A DNA stretch of 60,021 bases, the filler included, from Sphacelaria rigidula (Eukaryota): assembly GCA_964200075.2 (NCBI GenBank). It is 4 parts of 4 records of this genome, joined end to end, with 100 filler letters (N's around TTAATTAATTAA, not from the genome) between each part and the next. Parts side by side here need not be neighbours in the genome. Positions count along the whole stretch, not along the records: positions 45,100 to 60,021 come from CAXNAA020001987.1; 3 more parts are not named here. One strand, written 5' to 3'. Shown in pieces: positions 53,901 through 60,021 of this stretch. The first letter of the stretch is position 1. Every line of letters starts with the position of its first letter. The notes under the pieces are model-generated. The model was not told the DNA's origin and made no database searches. It saw only the letters and a list, made by a program, of their open reading frames with translations. The translations under genes and the position numbers were made by a program.

Positions 53901-56900
53901 TAGTCGAGTGGAGAAGGAAGAAGATGCACGGAATTGTCCCTGTGGCAAGGCAATAGAAAGTAGAACCCATATAGCGGCAGAATGCGAACTATATAAGGAG
54001 GAACGGGACGTGTTAGAGGGGGAAATGCGGGAAGAAAACGAAGAAGATGGCAGGAAAATGTTTGATATATTGTATAGTAGCTAGAAAACGGTCGCTTTAC
54101 TTGGAGATAGATGATGGCCACAGACGGCGAATCAGGAAGGGGATGAGATACGTAAAAGGTTCTTGTGTGATGTATGGAAGAAACGCAATGAACGCCCAAA
54201 TGTTGGAGGTGTCTCTATCAGGAGTAAGAACGGTGCTCTGTCTCGCAAGGGGTTGGTGGTCAATGCCCAAACGACCAAAGCAACGAATGAGTACGCCCCC
54301 CCACCCGGTGCTTGCACTGTACTTTCGTAGAGCACTGGGTCACTACTCCCGTGGCTCATCGACTTCCATCGAAAATTCGGCCCGCTCCCCTTTCTAAGGA
54401 CGAGTTTGTGGTTTCGAGATACCAGTCTCTTCCCTGGTACTTGCATTGCACTTATATATTGAGCATTGGACAAGGGCCGTGTGGTGTAGTAGTGCGGGCA
54501 CATACAAGACTATACACGCGCGTCTTGGCCCACCTCGGTCGGAGGCCTTCGTGTGGTTACCTCGTCAGTTTTTTCTTTGCGCCCATACATGGTCATCCTC
54601 TAAGTCAATACTTACAGAATCCCCGCACTCGTAGCTGCTCACGTCGTCTTCCCCGAATAGCATGGAGAAGGCGTTCCTTTCGGCAGCCGCTTTTCTTTTC
54701 TTCCCTGCTTGTCAATGGAAGTCGAACATCAACAAATAGGGCTATATATAACACACTACTACAGGAGATATATGTGCATCATCAGCTGCAGCTTTCGTGA
54801 AAAGCTAAAAGCCACCTTGTACAGCGTTCGAGACTCTACTCTATTATAATACTGTGCTCCCACGGGAGACTTGCGCGGGCGCCGTGTCGGTGCTCTAGTT
54901 GGAGAGTCTGGGTTAATGGATGTAGTGTGTAACACACACACGTTGATAGTCCTATAGAAAGTGTTCCTCTCGTGCGGGACCAGATAGCTGGCAAATTCCT
55001 GGTCTTGGGGAATGATCCTAGCGTATGTCACCTAGCAAACCAGGATCACGAGACCCCATAAACGACAAGAACGTGCTTTCCACATCGCCTCCTACAGGAT
55101 AAGGGGTAGGTACGAGCGTAGTGAAACGAACCAAGGTTCGAATCACAGTCTCGTGGGGGAGGGGTTGGTGCAGTGACGGTAGAGTTTGTACGAGAAGCCG
55201 ACGGGTCTCCCCCCCCTTGGTGCACTTTGTGGACAGATCGAGACTGACGACGAGGTTTAGCTCTGGGGAACACTATACTCTCACTCGAGAGGAGCTACCG
55301 CGGCGTTCTAGTTGTAGCCTGGGTTTGCAGATGAAGTGTGGAGCACACACAGGTTGATAACCCCAGAGTGAAGGGCTCCTTCTTCGGGGGCTAGACAGCT
55401 AGCAAGCTGTTGGTCGTGGGGAATAATCCCTATGGATGTTGTTTAGGCGACCGGAATCAAGAAATCTTAGGATGCCAGTAGCGTCCCGCTCATAAGAAAC
55501 TGAAAATCAGGCTCAGCCTGAGTTTTTTTTTTATGTAATGCAATGGTCTACTCGTGGTGCATTGGACTTGGTGTGGCGGTCATCACTGAGGCTGAACAGT
55601 TTCTGGTTTCTTTTGCAAATTTCAGCCTGATTTTCTGACAACCTCCTTTGTTATCGGAGAGTAGTACATGTGGGAGGTGACGCTGATTCCATACAGGGTC
55701 ATCTTGTTCACAAATTGGCGCATAACTCACTGCCATCGGTCAGACGACTGGAGGAGGATGATGATACCGTCTTGTCCTCCTTTTTCTTGATGGTGGCCCT
55801 GGGTGCAGTTCGGGATACCTCGGCCATGTCGGACGGTGAGAGTGCCCATGACGATCTCTCGTCCATCTCGTCCACCTCATCCGATACCTGTTCATCTCCG
55901 CTGAGGTAGCACCTGATGGCACATGAACAGAACGGGAAGGTTGACATGGAACATCACTTGACACTCAGCGATGTTACGACAACACTTTCTACGATAGCCC
56001 CCCCCCCAAAACCAGCCCAAAAGTGTCACGAGAAAAATGGCCATACAGCGCCTGATTTTTGGGTCTAGGCTACATGAGGCGCCTCATATTGGCAACACTA
56101 GCGAGAACGAACCCAAGCGTAGGAACTCCCAGCTGCTCGTTGTGCTCGGCGTTTCCCATTTCGATTTACGTTAAAATTTTGCCTCCCAAAACCATGCACT
56201 TTTCGGGGGGGGGGCTATCGTAGAAAGTGTCTTACATACTAGAACGCATCCCAGTCAAGATGTACCACCACTACGAGACCTTCAGTCAGGGGAAAATAAA
56301 GTAGCGAGGCATGACGTGTACTCTACATGACTAGACATGCACAAAGGGGGGAAAATACGCCAGCTTCTCGCACAAACTCTACGGCGGCTTCACGAACTCC
56401 TCCTTCTCCACGAGACTGTGATTGAAGCGTGGTTTCTTTCGTTACTCTCGTACCTACCCCTTATCCTGTAATGAGCAATGTGGAAAGCACGTTATTGTCG
56501 TTTGTGAGAATCCGTGATTCCATTCGCCTAGACAACATCCGCTAGGATCAGTCCCCACGACCAACAGGTTGTCAGCTGTCCGGTCCCGCACGAGAGGTAT
56601 ACTATCTCTAGGACTATCAACCTGTGTGTGCTACACACTATACATCTACCAACCCAGACGTTGAAGCGCTCGCCAGGCCAGCGTTTTTTATTGCTCACTT
56701 GTCGTAGAACATAGTGCCGCCATACGGCTTCATCTTGCGCAGAATAGCCTTGGTACTGCTCATTGGGCCGCCGGCTCGCTCACCAAGTGTCTGCCTGACA
56801 TGTTCATCCGAAGGTGGTGACTTATTTGGAAGCAGTTCCATGCACAAACAACGACGGAGAACGGCCCGCGGAGCTGGCTGGCTGCATCCATGTTCAATCC

Positions 56901-57538
56901 ATTGTACTGTACCGTAGTGTTCCACATTCCTCTCAACACACAGCGCAGCTGACGCAGCTGAGATACAGCGGGACTGCTGTTGTTCTGCCAGCTACAGGGC
57001 GACAACCAGGTACCCGTATATATCGCGCGCTCATCGTACTCAAGTGGTGCGCTCAGGGGCCTCTCCGATCCTCGTATCTTTCAACCATGCAAAAACAAAT
57101 TCCGCCAGGACTCCATCCCGACTGAGCACCTGCTCATCGATTTTTTTTGTTTCAAGCCAACGGCATCCAGGTTATCTTCGTTCAGGAGATCCGCGCGTTC
57201 CTTCTTCAGGAAATAAGAAAGAACATACGAAAAGGAAGACGCCCTGCGGCACTCCCTACACAACCATGTTGGACTTTGGAGAATATTTCGGACGGAGGAT
57301 AAGGCATTAAAACGGCAACCTACAGAGCGCATCGCTTTGTCTCCAGCGGTTTCTTCCACATGGGCACCGTCTCCTCCTCCGAAAATGACCGACGACCTTT
57401 CTTCTTGATGCTGCTCTGTGCTTCAGCAACCTTTCCCTCCCTCGGCTTTTTGCGGTATGTCTTGCTCGTGCCCGTTGGTGGCCGAAAAGACGGTAGAGCA
57501 GGCTGCTTGTTTTCGGTCGACGGTCCACGACGATACAT
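50988..57538 (-). CDS. Multi-exon basic, low-complexity protein of unknown function (3' end unresolved)
   Basis: Phase-consistent GT-AG exon chain 57324-57538 (ATG), 57130-57255, 56699-56881, 55731-55912, 54616-54704, 52467-52700, 51927-52031 and 51154 to about 50988 (the frame stays open to a stop at 50657). Lys/Arg/Ser-rich with an NLS-like RKKRK. No family recognised. Confidence 0.65.
53311..53640 (-). mobile_element. tRNA-derived SINE-like element
   Basis: Minus-strand head GCCCCGATGGCTCACTCGGTAG...GGGTTCGAATCTCGG (A and B boxes) is joined to a body that recurs, without the head, at 59594-59778. Confidence 0.7.
53815..54300 (+). mobile_element. 5'-truncated non-LTR retrotransposon 3' remnant (copy 3)
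   Basis: KLKLRFRVGDLNLPEKRKRY...CPCGKAIESRTHIAAECELY followed by stops, with the shared 3' end AAGCAACGAATGAGTACGCCCCCCC. Confidence 0.65.
54906..56659. repeat. Inverted pair of ~255-bp repeats (54906-55160 and 56405-56659)
   Basis: GTCTGGGTT...CCTCTCGTGCGGGACC...CAGGATAAGGGGTAGGTACGAG...ATCACAGTCTCGTGG recurs as a diverged reverse complement. A partial third copy lies at about 55395-55460. Confidence 0.8.
55982..56230. mobile_element. MITE-like element with 25-bp perfect TIRs
   Basis: ACACTTTCTACGATAGCCCCCCCCC ... GGGGGGGGGCTATCGTAGAAAGTGT. No clear TSD. Confidence 0.7.
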
Positions 57539-57956
57539 GCTGTACTTTACCCTAGTTCTTCTCCGTGTCCCACCGCCGTGACGTGCGTGCTACCACGAGA
57601 ACGTTCATGTGCACGCATCACATTAGGGATATTAAAAATAAATAAATAGGTGTTTCGTGTAAGAAGGGAGGGGCACAGAGCACCTGGCAAAAACGATGAT
57701 GATGTACTATTCAGCGAAGCAACGAACAGGGGAATATATTCCTCTAGATCAAGTGATCTGGGGCTCTACCCCCATCTGGCCGCAACCCGATTTGGACGGT
57801 AAAGATCAAAATGGGCCATGATTCACCCCAATCGCCAGCGGAGTCGCAGCATTTTCCGTTTGTCAGACACCCGCGCTCGCCACACAGACGTGGTAACACG
57901 GTACAGATGATATTGTTGTCTTGATGATCTCCGTCTCATCGCTGCGTCAAACCATT

Positions 57957-59275
57957 CAGGGGCAGGTTCAGTAGGGTATGTACCTTTGAATACTCGGGTA
58001 AAATACCCGGGTATTTACTCTACCCAACGTTTAGGTAGATTGGTTACAGCTTCACTACTTGACCCAAATTTGAGTAGGTTGGGGACGGCCTCAAATACTC
58101 TACCTAATATTCGGTAAGCACTCTCAGCAATACCTGGATATAGAGTATCACTTGGGTATGACCTCAATACCCTACCCAAAGTTTGGGTAGATTGAGTACG
58201 ACCTCAAGTACTCTACCCAATATTGGGTAAGTACTCTCAGTAATACTCGAGTATAGAGTATCACTTGGGTATGACCTCAATACTCTACCCACAATTCGGG
58301 TAGATTGAGTATGACCTCAAATACTCTACCAAATATTGGGTTAGTCATCTCAGTGCTACTCAGGTATAGAGTATCACTTGGGTATGACGAGTAACCGTGA
58401 CCGTTGGCGACTTCGTGACGTCACTTTAAAGACTATCTTGAATATATGGGCGAACGGTGGCCATTAATCAAATGAGTGGCGTCACCTCACAAGCTACAAT
58501 GAGTATGAGCGAACGGTGGCCATCAAAAAACAAAAAAAAACGTGCAGGTGCATGAACCTACCTGCCCCACCCCCGGCAGTACATACCCATACCCATACCC
58601 ATACCCATACTTCATACTTCGCATTCTCTTCGAAATCAGTTTCAGTACGAAGCGCTACTCATCATTGGGTAATCGAGTAGACGGGTAGTCGGGTAGGTGT
58701 TGTAAAAATGAGCGGTTCTACGGGCCGCACATCTGACTCCCCTATGGAAGACCCAGCGGTGGAAACGGTGGAAGATGTGGGAACACCGCAACAGTCGCGA
58801 GGGGAAACAGAAAAAGGCGCAAGGGGGTCAGGAGTGATAGACCTGACCCCAAAACAGGCCCCGGTGGTCCGTGTCGTACAGGCGGTTTGGGTATCTTGGG
58901 TACGAATTTGAATACTCAAGTTATACCCAAGGTTTTGGTATATTGGGTTCGGCCTCAGATACTCTATCGAAGTTTTGGGTAGATTGGGTATGACCTCAAA
59001 TGCTGTACCCAATTCTTGAGTAGACTGGGTACGGCCTCAAGTACTCGAGTACCCCAATTTTGGGTAGATTGAGTACGACCTCAAATACTCTACCCAATAC
59101 TGGGTAAGCACTCTTAGCAATACCTGGGTACAGAGTATCACTTGGGTATGACCTCAATACTCTATCCAAATTTTGGGTAGATTGGGGACGGTCTCAAATA
59201 CTCTACCCAATATTGGGTAAGTACTCTCATTGATAGATGAGTATAGAGTGTCACTTGGGTATGACCTCAATACTC
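57957..59275. repeat. Two blocks of palindromic higher-order tandem repeat (~113-bp period, ~38-bp subunits)
   Basis: AGAGTATCACTTGGGTATGAC recurs near 58142, 58255 and 58368, and again near 59132 and 59245. Subunits carry the inverted motif TACCCAA(N)nTTGGGTA. Blocks at about 58010-58390 and 58900-59275. Confidence 0.85.
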
Positions 59276-59593
59276 CAAGGGGCCTTACAAACTGGAATAC
59301 GTTATTCACCGCCCCCAAATCCCGAAAACCTCATTCTGGGCGACGGGTGGGGGGGGGAGTACCCCATTTTGGATGGGTAGGTACCCCCTGATCAGATGGA
59401 TAATGACGATAGTAGGTACTGTACTGTGCAGCATGTGCATGAACGGCTATTCCCGGCTTGTGCCAGGCTTGTGTACAAGCTGTGTATGCTATGGCTGCAC
59501 GGCAGGTGGTAAGGCTACGGCGAGCCTTGGCTGAGCAACGTCTGTATTTGCTGTGTCTGTGTCTGTGTTGTCTTCCAATCTGTTCTGGACCCT

Positions 59594-59778
59594 AGTCTGC
59601 ACCTTTTGGTATATATGAGCGCACGAGCCGAGGTCACACAGGAGGAAGCCCAACACAGGAGTGTTTTTTTTTTAGTTCCCCACCTTCCTGCTGCGGTGCT
59701 TCCCTTATTTTTCTCTGGCATTTATCGACAGAGGGGTTCAGCACTCCCATTCCCTCGTCGACCGTGACGTCGAATTTA
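59594..59778 (-). mobile_element. Truncated second copy of the SINE-like body at 53311
   Basis: Shares AGCCGAGGTCACA...GAGGGGTTCA.CACTCCC.TTCCCTCGTCGACCGTGA.GTCGAATTT. Confidence 0.7.
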
Positions 59779-60021
59779 ATTGGAATAGATTATGCCAGCA
59801 TGGAAAAAGAATACAAAACTGTGACTTGTCGGCTACTTTCTTTAGCAACACCATCTTCACGAGATTCTAATTTGTCGCTTCTACCTGTGTTGCTGTGCAG
59901 TTTACCGACCGTTAGAGATTGCCCCTCGACCGCTGTTCGGACGCGGGCACTGTCTAAGCGGGCACCAGGTGATCATCCTTGAATCATCTGCAATTGGTTG
60001 ACACCATGGGAGTACTGTCAG

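Overview
Intron-rich eukaryotic DNA. The gene architecture, GT-AG introns and a plastid-type presequence point to a photosynthetic stramenopile, most likely a brown alga (inference). The window is not one locus: four ~14.9-kb scaffolds (1-14936, 15037-29969, 30070-44999, 45100-60021; lengths strictly decreasing) are joined by identical artificial N44-TTAATTAATTAA-N44 linkers. Genes were rebuilt by hand from splice sites and exon phases. Scaffold 1 holds 11 internal HEAT-repeat exons of TOR kinase. Scaffold 2 holds a small multi-pass membrane protein, a complete 133-aa putatively secreted Cys-rich CxGGxC-repeat protein that the ORF track does not assemble, and the first exon of LUC7. Scaffold 3 holds a complete 8-exon ATG4 protease, head-to-head with the first exon of an organelle-targeted isoleucyl-tRNA synthetase. 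Scaffold 4 holds the 3' exons of YJU2B/CCDC130 and a convergent multi-exon basic protein of unknown function. Non-coding DNA carries many repeats: a 2.2-kb piggyBac-like foldback element with a nested hAT-like MITE whose empty site survives in the sister arm, other MITEs, tRNA-derived SINE-like copies, non-LTR 3' remnants and palindromic tandem arrays. No CRISPR, rRNA or clearly intact tRNA gene was seen.
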